Below, piece by piece: positions 28,418-44,900 of a DNA stretch of 64,000 nucleotides; position 1 is the first letter of the stretch, and each line of letters begins with the position of its first letter. The notes under the pieces were generated by a model. The model searched no databases, was not told the DNA's origin, and saw only the letters and a list, made by a program, of their open reading frames with translations. The DNA is from Guillardia theta CCMP2712. Taxonomy: Eukaryota > Protista > Cryptophyta. Both the position numbers and the translations under genes were made by a program. The DNA lies in assembly GCF_000315625.1 (NCBI RefSeq), contig NW_005434639.1:594363-658362 (forward strand). Reading direction: 5' to 3'.

Positions 28418-29200
28418 TCAAAACTTGGAAGTCAATTTGTTCTTGCAGAATTTCTCTATCCTGGAGATCGCAGATCGCTCGAACTCAGGAGGTCGATCCC
28501 AATCCAGCGTTAACTCACCAAACTCCTGCTGGTCCCCAAGTGTGATAGCAAGCTCGTTCAGTGTGAACTCAGGTCCGCCTGATGGTGCACAATGCTCGGA
28601 CAGGCCCAAGAATCGCGGATTTTCCTCCTCGGAGGGTTGGAAAGACGGCCCTGAAGCTATCGAGAGCGCTGCCCCATCACCGTGCAGGGAGCTGATTGTG
28701 TCAGTCACAAAGTCACACAGCATTGCCTCCTCCAGTTCCAGTTTCTTGAATTCGTGAAAAAGATTGATGAAATTCGACTCATCTGCGTAGACCAGCGCTG
28801 AAACATCTTTGCATGCGATGCAAATGAATGGAAAGGCTGATGAGTCAGCAACAAAGCTTGTCCACGATGTTTGTTCATCATCCTGCTGCATCATACATAT
28901 TGAGAATTTTTGTTGCCTTCGAGCTTGCATATATTCATAGAAATTTTGCAGTTCTTCTTCCGTATCGCTCGTGTAATGTGCCAGTACTCTTTCTAGATTC
29001 GTGTTAACCGATCCATGCAGCTTCTGCTTGAACAACTCATCACTATTTGCTGATGCATACACAATCCTGTTGAGTTCCGCAACATTGATGACCAGGAGAC
29101 TTGAAGTTTGCAAGAGATAACGGTCGACGAGTTTACCGAAGGCTGGCGAGAGGGAGCTCTGAGGCGAACGAGTCTGTGCCGGTGCGGTCTCGATCTCCAT
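28418..29200 (-). CDS. Hypothetical protein (260 aa ORF)
   Basis: Long open frame with globular, acidic composition; no motif recognised. Confidence 0.5.
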   Translation of the reverse strand: MEIETAPAQTRSPQSSLSPAFGKLVDRYLLQTSSLLVINVAELNRIVYASANSDELFKQKLHGSVNTNLERVLAHYTSDTEEELQNFYEYMQARRQQKFSICMMQQDDEQTSWTSFVADSSAFPFICIACKDVSALVYADESNFINLFHEFKKLELEEAMLCDFVTDTISSLHGDGAALSIASGPSFQPSEEENPRFLGLSEHCAPSGGPEFTLNELAITLGDQQEFGELTLDWDRPPEFERSAISRIEKFCKNKLTSKF

Positions 29201-31182
29201 GGTATGATTTTACGCAGTGGTTCGTTGACGTTGACGGGAGTTATTAGAATTCAGCAAATAGTCCTGAGGTCCCTTGCATACACGATTGCTTGGGAATGTA
29301 TCGGGCAGGCCAGGTCCCCGCAGGGAATTATTGCTCGACCCTTACTAGAGGAGATTTGAGGAAATGATGCAGGAGACAAAGGGTGCCACCAAGTTGGCTA
29401 ATGGAAGAGCGAGTGCAGTAGGGTCTCCTATCAATGGCTTGATAATGCGAAGAGGAGGAGGAGGCGGATTGTGCCGCGAGCGCGCAGAAGAGATAGCACC
29501 TCAGGGGCAAGGTTGCAAAGCGATATACTGTGATCCATATGGGTGGGTAGTAGTACCTACCATACTAAATTTGTTTCTACAAAGGTAAATAGAGGGGTAC
29601 GACCGTATTGACTTTGCTCTTCTATTCCTGTGGGGTGGCACATAGGGTGGCACATGTGACTGGGGTAAATTAATGTTTCACTGCAGTCCGAGGTTGGGTT
29701 GCAGGTCTGTGAGGGGTACTTGCAATATTGGTGGTGGGGGTACTTCCACCACATTGATACAATTCATCTCTTATGAATGCATATTATAAAAACACAGAGC
29801 ATAACCTTGCTTGCCGTTGATGAGGGGGTGGGGGTTGAAGGTACTTGAAAATTAGTGGGTACTTGAATTTTTGAGGTGGGGTACGTGACAAAGAGACTAT
29901 TTTACTATTTTAGTGATGACGTCCAAAAATTGAAAACTACTCTCTTCAAGATGCAAACCATTATCTCTCGGAGACCACCCCGAACGGAGTACCCACCCCG
30001 TGTGGCATCCACCCCCTACCCCTTGTGGACCATTTCAATACCTATGACCCCCTTTGACAGGACTTTTGGTACCGAGAATTTCATTTTCTTAACTGAACTA
30101 CCTACCCACTGTATTCACAACACCCACCCTACCTCGAATATCTTCGATTTCCCGACAATTCCCTTCGATGCTTACAAAGAGTGATCGTTGCTGACGCACA
30201 GTAAAACGGCAATTTCACTATGGGCTAAGGTAGGTATTCTCTTAAGTGAGTAATTAGACAATCAGGGCAAAGGGTTCAAGCTGCCTCTGATGGGGAAGGG
30301 CCACTGTGACTGTAAGGGTAAGCACATGACCCACAGAATGGATACAACATTTATACTATTAGCTGGTCAGAGATGAAATAAATGAATTAGGTAATTGTAT
30401 TGGGTGTTCTGTGATTTCTTTTTTCTTTTTTTTCCTTTTTTTTTACAGGGTGTCCATCTCCACATGGACTCCCGATTCTCTTTCCAGCGCAAACTAGGAG
30501 GTGGGGGTCACCATTGAGGAAGTGAAGCATGGATTTGGTGGGTACTTGAATGACAAAACCATGGGTAGTGACGACAGGTTCGCTACTAGTTCGTCGCATG
30601 GGTGGGGGGTCATCAAGGGTAGGGTACTTTCATGGCTTCGTAGGGGTGGGGGTGATGAATGTGGGGCGCTGGGGCTGTAGAATTTTGGCTCGGTTTGGTC
30701 ACGAGCGGCACCATAAATCTGCAAATCTAAATTTTGCCTCTAAATATTGAAGTATTCACTGATTCTTTACAATATTCTGCAGGGCACGCGAAATACTTTG
30801 GGATGGGGAGGGTGGCCGGAAATCGTACGGGTGGGGCACAAACCCGGCCACCGAAGAAAGCATGCTGTAAGGATGCGGGCGTAGTTTGCCTTCATTCGCT
30901 CTCCTCCTTTCCCTTCCACTTCCCCCCCTCCCCCTCCCCCCCAGCCACCTCCCCATCCTCTCTGCTACTCGCTCCTCCCCTCCTCTATCTTTCTCTCATC
31001 CCCCTTCTCGGCAGTATAGATCAGAGCCTCTTCGTATCTTGGCAAGAAGTACCTGCCCTGTTCTGGCCCCCAGTTCATCACAAGACTTCTCCCAGTGAGA
31101 ACCTTGCTGATCAGTTCAGTGACACTCGTAATCGAAGAGAGCCACTTGGTTCTTCCTGAAAACAGGTGAAACCCTCGGAAAA

Positions 31183-31240
31183 AGGATCTACCCCCTGCTA
31201 GTTGGTGTACCCTGTATCAAAACAGTAGGGGGTAGATTTT
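31183..31240 (+). promoter_or_regulatory. Hairpin immediately upstream of the bZIP start codon
   Basis: ATCTACCCCCTGCT (31186-31199) pairs with AGTAGGGGGTAGAT (31224-31237) with one G-U pair; ATG at 31244. Confidence 0.5.
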
Positions 31241-31243
31241 ATC

Positions 31244-32211
31244 ATGAAGCTTCCTTCTCCTCAATCTGGTCGAACATTGGAGGAGGAACTCAGTATTCTC
31301 CTGCAGTTTCAGGAGAAACATGACAACGGAGATTCAGGAGAGATCAACGGCGAAGAGTTGAAGAAGCGTGTGAGGGTGATCAAGAATCGGATCGCTGCCA
31401 AGAAGTCAAGGGAGCAAGCGCGGACTTACGTACAGAAGCTTGAGAGCAGCTTGAATGCTGTCATGGCTCATAACGATGTCCTTGCGCGGCGCCTTGCCTT
31501 GGTTGAGTCCGAGAATCGATCGCTCAAGCATTCAATGTTCATGACTGGCATGAACTTTCAACCCATGAACAACTGTAACCGCGTCGACGAGTCTGCGGCA
31601 CTCTCGACCTTATCCCTGCTGTTGGATGCGGTTCTGTTCATGATCGCCATGGCCTCCAGTTTCCTTCCTGGTTTCAGTCTGAGAGCATGGGAGGACAACT
31701 CTCCGGTGCACCAGCTCCCGGCTACCCTCAAGCAGGAGACGTGCTCGCTAACATGGACGCGTTCAACATGCCATGGGCGAGGAGCGCGTCGATGTTTGAG
31801 ATGGCTCAGGATGGCAGGCCTCTTGCAATGCGTTGCGCACTCGTGCCATCGTTGGGACCCCAAGGTGCCTCAGCCAGCGACAGCAGCATGAGTCCGAGCC
31901 CTGTGCAAGGAGCTGGTGCTGGGGCAACGACTGCTCCTCCTTCCTCTCAATGGCAGAGAGGAGCATACACTAGTGGCGACGAAGGCTCGGAAGCATCAGA
32001 ACAAGAACTGGACGTGCCCTCCCGGTCCGTGGAGAGTGTTGAGTCCGGAGCTGCTGCTTCTTCAGTGGAGGCCTGCGATGTTGACTCTTTCCCTTTGCTG
32101 TGCCCGAAGGAGGAGACGAATGAGGTGATTGAAGCTGCCGAGGATGATTTGTTAGACCTTCTCTCCTGCGACAGCTCTTGCTCCCCGGAAGACGGCTTGG
32201 ACTTGTTCTAG
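31244..32211 (+). CDS. bZIP60/XBP1/HAC1-like UPR transcription factor: unspliced 215 aa (31244-31891) and IRE1-spliced 314 aa (join 31244-31595, 31619-32211)
   Basis: Basic region KKRVRVIKNRIAAKKSRE plus leucine zipper, then ESAALSTLSLLLDAVLFMIAM. Removing 23 nt joins this frame to the acidic ORF ending at 32211 with no stop codon. Confidence 0.85.
31583..31628 (+). other. IRE1-type twin stem-loop with 23-nt unconventional intron (31596-31618)
   Basis: GAGT[CTG^CGGC]ACTC and ATCC[CTG^CTGTT]GGAT; both loops contain the CNG^CNG consensus and there are no GT-AG ends. Confidence 0.85.
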
Positions 32212-32484
32212 GACTTGAAGTCTGTTTGAAGAAGAGAATAAATTCAGAAAATACAAATTTGCCCCTGCCTCCCTACTCGTCATCCTGGATCCTCGTACTG
32301 TTGCTGTAGCTCCCCTTTGTTGTCTCTTCTGCCTCTCCTCATCCCCCGCCCTCCCTCCCTCCCTCCCCGCATTGCACCCCGTCTTCACACATTCCGCCTC
32401 TTCCATTATTGCGCCCCGTTTCCCCCTCACTGACCCAGCCCCTCCTGCAACAAACTTTCCTGCCCTGTTGCACGCACCGCTACC

Positions 32485-36334
<3,850 letters not shown>

Positions 36335-36467
36335 CTTCCACGTATCCTCTTTACTCAGAGAAACATGCAGACTCGAGCTCGAAGACTCCCTTCCCCACAT
36401 GGCCTTTCACTTCAACTCCCTCCTCCCCCCCTTCCTCCCTCCTCCCCCACCCCCCCCCTCCTCGGGC

Positions 36468-38800
36468 TCAGAGGGGCGTCTCGAAGTTAAGCGCGCTCTT
36501 GTCCTGGTCGCTCTCCCAGTCTGACTCCGACTCGCTGTCCGACGAGCTCTCCTTCCCCTTGTGCTCCACCCCGTGCGCGCTGCTGACCGCCTGCTGGGCG
36601 GCGCTCTTGAGGGCAGCAGCCTTGGACGTCGGCTTCTTCTGCTTGGGGTTGAAACACTCGTTGACGTACCGCTCGAGCTCCCGCAAAGTCGCGTTGTCAA
36701 GCATGTCCATATCGATCTCGATCTCCTCGCTGTTCCCGACGATGTTTGACATCCTCTTCTTGATAATCTCCACCACCTTCCCCAGCTTGTCTGGCTCCAG
36801 CTTGTTGATATTGAGCCTCAGAGTCCTCTTCTCCTCGAACGTCATGGCCTTGTTGCTCGGCGTCGCCCCAGTCGGCCTCTTCCTCCCCGTGCTCGCCGAC
36901 TGCTTCTGCGACTTCTGCTTCACCTCCGCCAGGTCTCTCTGCAGGATCTCCACTTCCCGCATCATCTCCATCAGCGTCCTCGATTCTGCTGACCTGCCGG
37001 CCGGCAGATCCACCCCTGCTGCCTCCTTCTGTGTGCCTGGCACCTTGGGGAGCTTCTTGATCCTCTTTTCGGTACTGTCCTTCAGTGCCTTGGCACATTC
37101 GTGGACGTCCGTGCCAGCAGGGTTGAAGTACATGGCCTGTCTACATGTCAGCAGCTGCAGGATGGAAGAGGACGATGACGAGGAGTTGGGACGGAAGGGA
37201 AGGTAAAGATAGTGAGGAGGAGGATGAGAAGGAGGAAGAAGAAACGAGGAGGCAGGGGGACGAAAGGGAGGAGGAGGAGGAGGGGGAGGAAAGAATTAAG
37301 AGAGGAACGCAGAGAGGAGGATAACGACGAGCAGCTGGAGCAGCAGCAGGGAAGCAAGAGTCCTCACGTTGTCCCACACGAGGTTGATATCTGCCGCCAA
37401 CGCTTCCACATGATCGTAGCACTCGCTCTCCAGCTTCTCCTTCACCGTCCCCAAGTCCATGGGCTTCTTAATGATCTCCATGTACTGGGGGATACCAAGG
37501 GCGATGGGATCGACGGGGATGTTGAAGTAGGCAACGCAGGCCTTCTCCTTCATGAGCGTCTCCAGCAGCTTCTCGCAGTGCAGGTACAAGTTCTTCATCT
37601 TCCCCTTGGGAGCCAGCCGGTCCGTCTTTTTGGACTTGCGCCGCTTGCTCGACTCAGGCTTGCTCGCTGTTAACGTACTCGGCTCCTTCCTCTTCCTATC
37701 CTGCCTGCTGCTGTCGAAGCTCCCGCCCGATGACGCGTGCGAGAAGGCATCGGCCACATCCCTCTGCCTGTTGATGGGAGTGCTGTAGAAGGGAGAGCCT
37801 GGAGCTCTCGCCCACCCTGCTGGGCTCGCAGCTGGGAGAAACTTGGGGGCTGCAACTACATTGCAAACTCCTCCGTTGATCTTTTTCAGTTGTGCGTTGA
37901 TCCTTCTAAGACGATCCTGCAGATGAGGAGTGAGATGAAGAGCGCAAGGAGGAGTGAGGGAGAGGGAGAGAAGGAGAAGATCAACAGGAGCGAGAGGTGA
38001 AGAGAGGCAAGCACCTGCAACTGTTTCTTTCTTTCCGTCCAGGGGTTGTTGCTGACAGGAGGCTCTGCTTGCAGCAAAGGCCTTTGCGCTGAGACAGCCT
38101 TGGGCTTGTGCATCTGCCGGGCTGGAGTCGTTGGCTCGTTAGGCGGACTGTGGCCTGCAGTAGGCATGTGAGGTAACGCAAGGGACAAGGGAAGAACGGG
38201 AGGGAGAGGGAGGGAGGCGGGGAGAAAGGAACGGAGGAGATGCATAGAAGAGACCAGGAGAGATTGAGATTAAGGAATATGCTGGTCTCACCGAAGTGAT
38301 TGCTCTTCTTTCTCTCCCTCTTTGCAGGCAGCAGCTCAGGAGGTTTTGACGGATTCTGCAACACAGGCTCCAGGTTGTATCCTTTCTGCAGTTTCGTACG
38401 CTTTGCCTCCTCCACTGTCAGGATGACTTCACCCTTTGCGGGGGTCAAGACCTGTTGGGCAGCCGCTTCACTGGACCTGAACATACAATGGCAACTTACA
38501 ACCTGCTGCCCAGAGTTTTGATCTTGCATTGTCGACTGGGGCACTGAAGGAGAGGACGGCAGTCGCAGTCAACTTGGCTCCGTCCGATTTCCTCCTGCCT
38601 GATGAGAGACCTTGCAGTACTTGACAGCAAAGTAAGATCTCCCCTTCAAACACAGGAAACAGAGATGAAGCCGGAAACTGCCCGAGCGGAGGAATACTGT
38701 GAGCAAGAGTAGAGCTACAGCTGAAGGGAGAGATAAAGCTGGGAGGCCTCCTTGAAACTCTAAATCGGATGGAAGGACCAAGAAATCAAGCCTCAGGAAC
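36468..38800 (-). CDS. Bromodomain + extraterminal (BET/GTE-like) protein, multi-exon; 5' end uncertain and may extend towards 40130
   Basis: Bromodomain YFNIPVDPIALGIPQYMEIIKKPMDLGTVKEKL..DINLVWDN|AMYFNP and ET domain MTFEEKRTLRLNINKLEPDKLGKVVEII..EIEIDMDMLDNATLRELERYV. Confidence 0.88.
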
Positions 38801-40399
38801 TAAGACCTCTGCTTTGAACCCTGGTTGATGATGGAATTCTAATCCCTCTATGAAAACCAGGCTCTTGCTCGCTGTTGACCAAAGCTTCCAATCTCGGGGC
38901 TACCGCTACGCACACTTCCTCTAAACGAGAATGAGCATAGATGATTGCAGCCTCTTCCTGTTCTGACTCCACAGACTGTCAAGCAGACAGATGTATCAAA
39001 CTGACAACAAAAAGCAGGTAATTGTAATCTAGATGTCCACGTCAGCAATTTGAAGTGACAAATGCAAGCCTCACCAAGATTGCTGTGATGATCACAATCA
39101 GTGAACGCGTCGATACATCAGACCGCCGAATTCAGAGAATGTTCTCCCTGTCTCTATCTCTCTCTTTCTCTTCCTCTCTTGTAGTCGCGAGATTAAACGA
39201 GAAGATGGAGATCAGATGCTGACAGGAGTGTTGTCAGCGACGAGGTCAAGGTCGATTGTTGATCTGCAGCAAGGTCTGAGTCAGATATCACTAGTCTACT
39301 TCTTTGATGAATTTTCTGTTCAAAAATCGACATATCTATGAACATACATCAAACATCACTTCTCGTCATTTGAGTGCAGCTGAAAGAGCAGAAGCAAAAG
39401 CACGGTTTGAACAGCTCATCAAACTTGTCTCGTCTGAGGGTTTGTACAAGCTGAGAAATGATGGCTTCTCATTCTACCTTCTCATTCTACCTTTCTGGGA
39501 GAAAATCAGGCACTGTTTTCGTGTCCTTGCTAACTGTCTTGCTATTTCATACAGCTAAGTCGAACTTCCACCCTGTGCACCACCGCCATCACGCATACCC
39601 GGTGACACACTTCCTGCCGTTCAAATGATATATACAGTCATCGCGCGACCAAGTGTAGGCTCATCAAGACAACACACAGATTATTGAAAAGGAACGATGA
39701 CACATCAAACAAGAAAGTCAAAGATGGCCATGTTTGAAGCCGTATCAACCGCATTCGGTCGTGCACGATCAACGGTTGCGTGCGACCTAAAGCACCCTTC
39801 TTTGGTTCGGTCACACCTGCTGCTCAAACATTGTTCAGGCACACCTGACTCCCTTCCTATCGATAGTTATGAACTACAATGTCTCTTCCTCGCCACGACG
39901 GCCGAAATACTCAACATGGTCCCCCTCAACGCCCTCGCAAGCCTGTCCTGCCTTTGAATTGAACTTACTGGCCCTTCCCTTCCCGTTCAAACTGCCTCTC
40001 CTTCCAGTTCTTCAGGTCCTGAACGACCCCTTAGACTCAAGTGAATGAATTCATCTCCTCCGTCGTCCTGTTCTTCGCCTCCTGCCGCTCCTCCTCTTGC
40101 CTCCCCGCCTTGGTCCCCTCCCACCATTGCTGCGCGCCCTCCTCTGAGACCGTTACATCCTTTTAACGCGTGATTTCATTACTCAATTGATGGTTCAGAG
40201 TGGGGTGGGGTACTTATGGAGGGGTAGTAGTGACAGAGGGATACCAAGCATCCTCATAAGTGGGTACTTTACAAGGGGTAATATTGGGGTACAAAGAGGG
40301 AAGTAATGGGGTCCACGAGCAAGGGGCACACTAGGGGGTAGTCTGAGATGTTTGGGGTTCTGCTGAGATCAGTGATGGTGGGGTAGGCCCACTGTAGTA

Positions 40400-40925
40400 A
40401 ACTTCTGGTGCCCGGGCCCGCATCATCCGAGGCTCAGTCTGCTGTCGGGTTGCCCTCGGATCAACCGGGTTGGCCGGGCCGCGCCCGCCGGCTGGCCGGG
40501 CCCCAGTGGGGCCGGCCCCGGCAGCCGGCGGTGCCCACTGGCCATCCGCCGTCGGAGGCTCACTGAGTCACCCCGGTCACGTCGCGGCCGGGGGCCGGCC
40601 CCCCCGGGCCCCGGGGCGCGGTTGAAGCCTACCGGGGGGGCCGGTCAGTCAGGGCCGCGCTGAAAGCACTGCACCCGGTGCCGCGCCGCTGTGCCGTCGG
40701 GCCCGGCCCGGACGGCCGACCGTACGGCCCGGTGCCGCCGCGCCCGGCCCGTTCCGACGATCGGGACCCGGCGACAGTCCGCCGGGCCGCGGGCCGGCCG
40801 CATCACTGATCACTGCGGCCCTGGCATTGGCATGTGAGTCAGTTCTTACCGTACCGTGACTGGCGAGTCCGAGCTCTCAACGTGACCCGGGCGGCGGGCA
40901 ACTTGCCCTCCGTGACTGGGCCAAC
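40400..40925. repeat. CpG-rich palindromic island embedded in GGGGTA-rich DNA
   Basis: ggccggggccccagtggggccggcccc-like runs, cactgagtcac and ccgtacgg; flanked by ggggta-rich sequence at 40200-40390 and 40940-42300. Confidence 0.5.
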
Positions 40926-42415
40926 GGTTTTAGCATAGGGAAGCAAGTACCCCACCTCTCTATATCTCCTGAAACACACCGGTCATACTATGACTGGAGC
41001 GTCGCAACACTGACAGGAGGGGTGGTTGTCTAGACCATTGAGACCTCGAGTAGGGGTGGGGTGATCATGAACTGAAACTTTTGAAACGAACTTCTCGTGC
41101 CGGAAGGAGTGAAGAGGTGAGGTAAAGTACCCGGTAGTTTCATAGGATGTGGGGTAGGGTAGTGAGAAAACTGTGTCTTTGGGGGGTGGGGAAACCAAGG
41201 GAGGGATTCAAACCATGGGGTGGGGTACTTCAATTTCTGGAGGTTCTAGCGAAGGGGAGGTCCGTCAACAGGCACTCAAACAATTAGATTAATTGGAGAA
41301 TGGAGGGGTGGGTGATTATAACAAACTGTCCATACAGGGGTAGGTACCCCCACCCCCAATTGTATCAGCGAAACTCCTCCCATCCTCCCAACAAATTCAA
41401 ATACTTTGCTCCTACCACCCCAAACTTATCGATCTAGATACGTACTTTGTATGGGGTGGAAGGGTGGGTGGGTAATAAGCTATTTTGTAAGGGGGGGTGT
41501 TATTGATGCAACGAGAGGCGGTGGGTAGTCAGAATTTGCCAATTTGTCTCAGGGGTGGTACCCCCTACCATTCCCCTTTCACTCCAACTCCGAGTGATAT
41601 GAATCACCCCCATAAATATATGCAAAAGTACCCCACCTTTCTAGGACACATAGTACCCCAAGGCATCCTGGACCCAGGTTCTTGAATTCATTACTTTGCC
41701 AGGGAGTAAAGAGGTGGGGTACATGACGGGGAGAAGAAGCAAGGAACGAAAGGGATGATAGTTCTATAACGCAGCAGAGAAACGAATCCGATCTACCTGG
41801 TACTAGAGTGGGAGGCCAAATTCTCCAAGTATGGTACGACACAAGCAAAATAGGTTACAAATAAAGTAGCAGAGATAACATTAAGACAACGTTTTGATTA
41901 TATAATACACAATTATAAGAGAGACCTTGCCCGTGTAGGAGAAAATTGAAGTACCGGTAGTAAATACACAATAATGCTTGAAATAAGGGGGGGTACCGTC
42001 AGTAAAGGATTTGATTCTTTTTTCTCGTTCCTTGAGTATGTTCACGAGATACCGATCCTTGCCTAATGGGGTCACAACGAAACATCAGGGGTGGGTGTGA
42101 TACGGAAGTTGATGATGATAGGGTAGGTAGTATCAAAAGCAGTTGGTTCCAGACTAAAAGGTGGGTATATGACACATAAATTGGGGGTAGGGGTATAGCA
42201 CTTGGAGCAAAAATACGGGATTCGTGGGTGTAGGGGTAGTATAGAATGGACGGAGCAAAAGGGTAGGGTATCTATAGAAAACGGGTAGGGTGGATTTTCC
42301 CAGGGACGCCAGTGGCATGCACATACCAGAGCGAAAAGAACAAGAGAAGAGAAGAGAAGAGACGAGAAGCTGCGAAGAGAAAGAGGAAGGGACGAGAGAC
42401 GAAAAAAACAAGTGA

Positions 42416-43605
42416 TTGATCCTCCTGCTCAGAAAGCCAAGGCAACTGAGAACTTTGGTAGTTCGAGAGCAAAGCGGTTTACCCAGCAAGACTGGATTGA
42501 AGTGCATCGGTTGTGGTACCTATCGCACTTGTTCCTTTGGAGACTCCTCGACGGTTGAACTTGAGAAACTGGTTGAAACAATTACAGGAGATATTCACAT
42601 CAATCGGGATACAATTCTTTTGATTTGTCACAAATACTTTCAAAACTTATCGCAATCCGCCTACTGCAACTTCAACATGTCTAGTTTGGGAGTGCATTCG
42701 GGAATGTCTAAAACAACGAAACAACCCAGCAACAGGAGCGTGTCAAAGATCCTCGGGCGCTCGTTGAGGAGAAGGATCCAAAGAACCAAGAGACAGCTCA
42801 TTCCGAGAGCAAGCAGGAGAATGTCTCCAACGTTGGACATTTTTGACTATACTGGTAAGATCGCATGCTATGTGTAATGTGAACACAATTTGTCTTATCC
42901 TCTACGGCAGATTCCACATACGTCCAGCAAGACACCTACCAGTACCCGAGGTCCTTCCAGTCAGACTTCTTCGACAGCGAGGGGAGGGTGGTTGCTGGCA
43001 TCGACTACGACGTGAAGGTGATGGAGCCAATGGTGTATCGTCCCATCACAGCGAGAGAAGTTCTCATGGGATCAGAAGTGCGCCAACACGGATGGAACGG
43101 AAGGATGAGCACAGAGGTTGCCAGCAATTTTCCAACTCGGCGGGACGCTTCCTCGTCGGTGGCTGCCCAACATGACGCGTCAATCGACGCTGGGAGTGAC
43201 ATGAACAGTTATGATGCCGAGACTATGTCTCCTTCGGAAGAGCCTTACGTCGAGACGAAGCAGGAGATGCCTGAGGAGCAGCCAAGAACATGGCAGGAAC
43301 CCGACAGGGCCTCGTTCAAGACCGAGACTGAGCGGACTCCCTCGTCGCTGGGAGAAGAAGGTTCCGTGGGGACTTCGTTCCCGTCCACTCCCTCCGACGA
43401 GAGCATCGTCCCTCCCAGCATCTACTCAGAGACCACGTGCGATGACTTCTCCATGGAGGAGTGCGACCTGCAAGCCCTGATAGGAGGAGGAGATGACTTC
43501 CACTCCACCGAGGACTACGAGCTCATGAACCTCGGAGAGGCCGGAGAAGGTCAGGACGTTCATCCATGGGGCTGGCTGCAGCCTGACCTCTCCATTCAAA
43601 CTTAA
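42416..43605 (+). CDS. Hypothetical multi-exon protein with acidic Ser-rich C-terminus
   Basis: Last exon open from ~42911 to 43605 (YVQQDTYQYPRSFQSDFFDSEG..WGWLQPDLSIQT*); upstream exon structure unresolved. Confidence 0.45.
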
Positions 43606-43689
43606 TCCCTTGTTGTGTTTCAAGTGTATTCTTTCAGTTTTTGAACGTTTATCCCTTATCCGTCTATGCCCGTAAGTCAAAGCTCGTCC

Positions 43690-43812
43690 TGATAGGATCC
43701 TCACCCACAAACCACATCCCTCCTGCCGTGGACATCCCCCTCCCCGGGCCGCCATTGGTAGCTGCCTCCCTCCTGTACGTACACCAGCAGCGGCGTCACG
43801 GTCTGCATGGCC
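43690..43812 (-). repeat. Extra partial copy of the 3' end of the TBP-like gene
   Basis: accacatccctcctgcc..gtagctgcctccctcctgtacgtacaccagcagcggc..acggtctgcatggc also occurs at 43893-43993 and, inverted, at 54265-54366. Confidence 0.85.
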
Positions 43813-43825
43813 ATGAATATCATCA

Positions 43826-44714
43826 CAAATAAAGACAAACATTCATTTAATCACACTCGTCAATAATACTTGATCCCTAGGATTCACCCAAAAACCACAT
43901 CCCTCCTGCCTTGGACTTCCCGCTCCCCGGGCCGTCAGCGGTAGCTGCCTCCCTCCTGTACGTACACCAGCAGCGGCATCACGGTCTGCATGGCGAGCGA
44001 CAGGTCGCCGAGTCTCTTCGCCCCGAAGATCTGCACACTCTGCCGCTGAATGCGCACAGTCACCTGCTCGCACGCGTCAGTCGCCCGCTCCCTCCCCTCC
44101 CGCCTCCGTCACCTTGAGCCACTCGAGCTTGACCTTGATGCCCGTTGCCAGCTCGGGCTCGTAGGTAGCCGGGTGCTTGCGGGCGAGGCTGAGGTAGGAC
44201 CTCTCTCTGTCGATGAAGCCCCTCGTCTCGAAGCCCCCGATCGTGTTGACGAGCCTGAACTTGTCGAAGCCTCGCACCTCCTCGATGATCCTCGCGATCC
44301 TCCTCACCACCCTCCTCATCAGGGTCAAGGCCGCCGACTCGGACTTGGCTCCTGCCAGCCGGATGCTTCCGGTGTCGAAGACGGTGGCGGAGGCAGAGCA
44401 GTCCTTGAACCAGAAAGTGACGGCGAAGCAGTTCTTGAGGTCTCCCCTGTACTGAACGTTCTTCAGCTTGCGAGCCAGCAGCCGCGTGTCGAGGCGGAGA
44501 GGGCCCTTGATCCTGGCGAGCGCGACTACGTTGTGACTGGGAGCGGTACGAGGTCAGCGAGCAGGAGGGACGGACGATCTTGGACGACTCACATGCGGAT
44601 GTGGGGCGAGAAGCTCGCTTCCTCCGACTCGATCTTGACCACGCTGAGACACACCATCACGAGTGTGGCTAGACGCACACGCAAGCTCACCTGGAGAGTC
44701 CGGATGCCATGCTG
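43826..44714. repeat. Left outer arm of a long inverted repeat (pairs with 53544-54434)
   Basis: Near-identical reverse complement, including introns and 3' UTR. Confidence 0.92.
43935..44710 (-). CDS. Divergent TBP-like factor, copy 1 (4 coding exons)
   Basis: MASGLS|SVVKIESEEASFSPHIRI|HNVVALARIKGPLRLDTRLLARKLKNVQY..ATVFDTGSIRLAGAKSES..FDKFRLVNTIGG..TYEPELATGIKVKLEWLK|VTVRIQRQSVQIFGAKR..EGGSYR*; two TBP repeats and GT-AG introns. Confidence 0.8.
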
Positions 44715-44729
44715 ATCGCGATAGAGAGG

Positions 44730-44900
44730 AGAGTAGACGAGTAGAAGATTAGTGTAGACGAGTAGACGAGTAGACGAGTTGAAGATTAGTGTAGACGAGT
44801 AGACGCGTAGACGAGTTGAAAATTAGTGTAGACGAGTGGACGCGTAGAAGAATAGAGGAGTAGATGAGTAGGAGATAAGTGTAGATGAGCAGACGAGTGA
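44730..44900. repeat. Degenerate minisatellite (GTAGACGA / GAAGATTAGTGTAGACGAG units) upstream of TBP-like copy 1
   Basis: Direct reading. Confidence 0.8.

Noticed and set aside
44730-44900. Repeat units with variable spacing resembling a CRISPR array
   Set aside because: Units are short, degenerate and adjacent, with no unique 25-45 nt spacers and no cas genes; it is a minisatellite in eukaryotic context.
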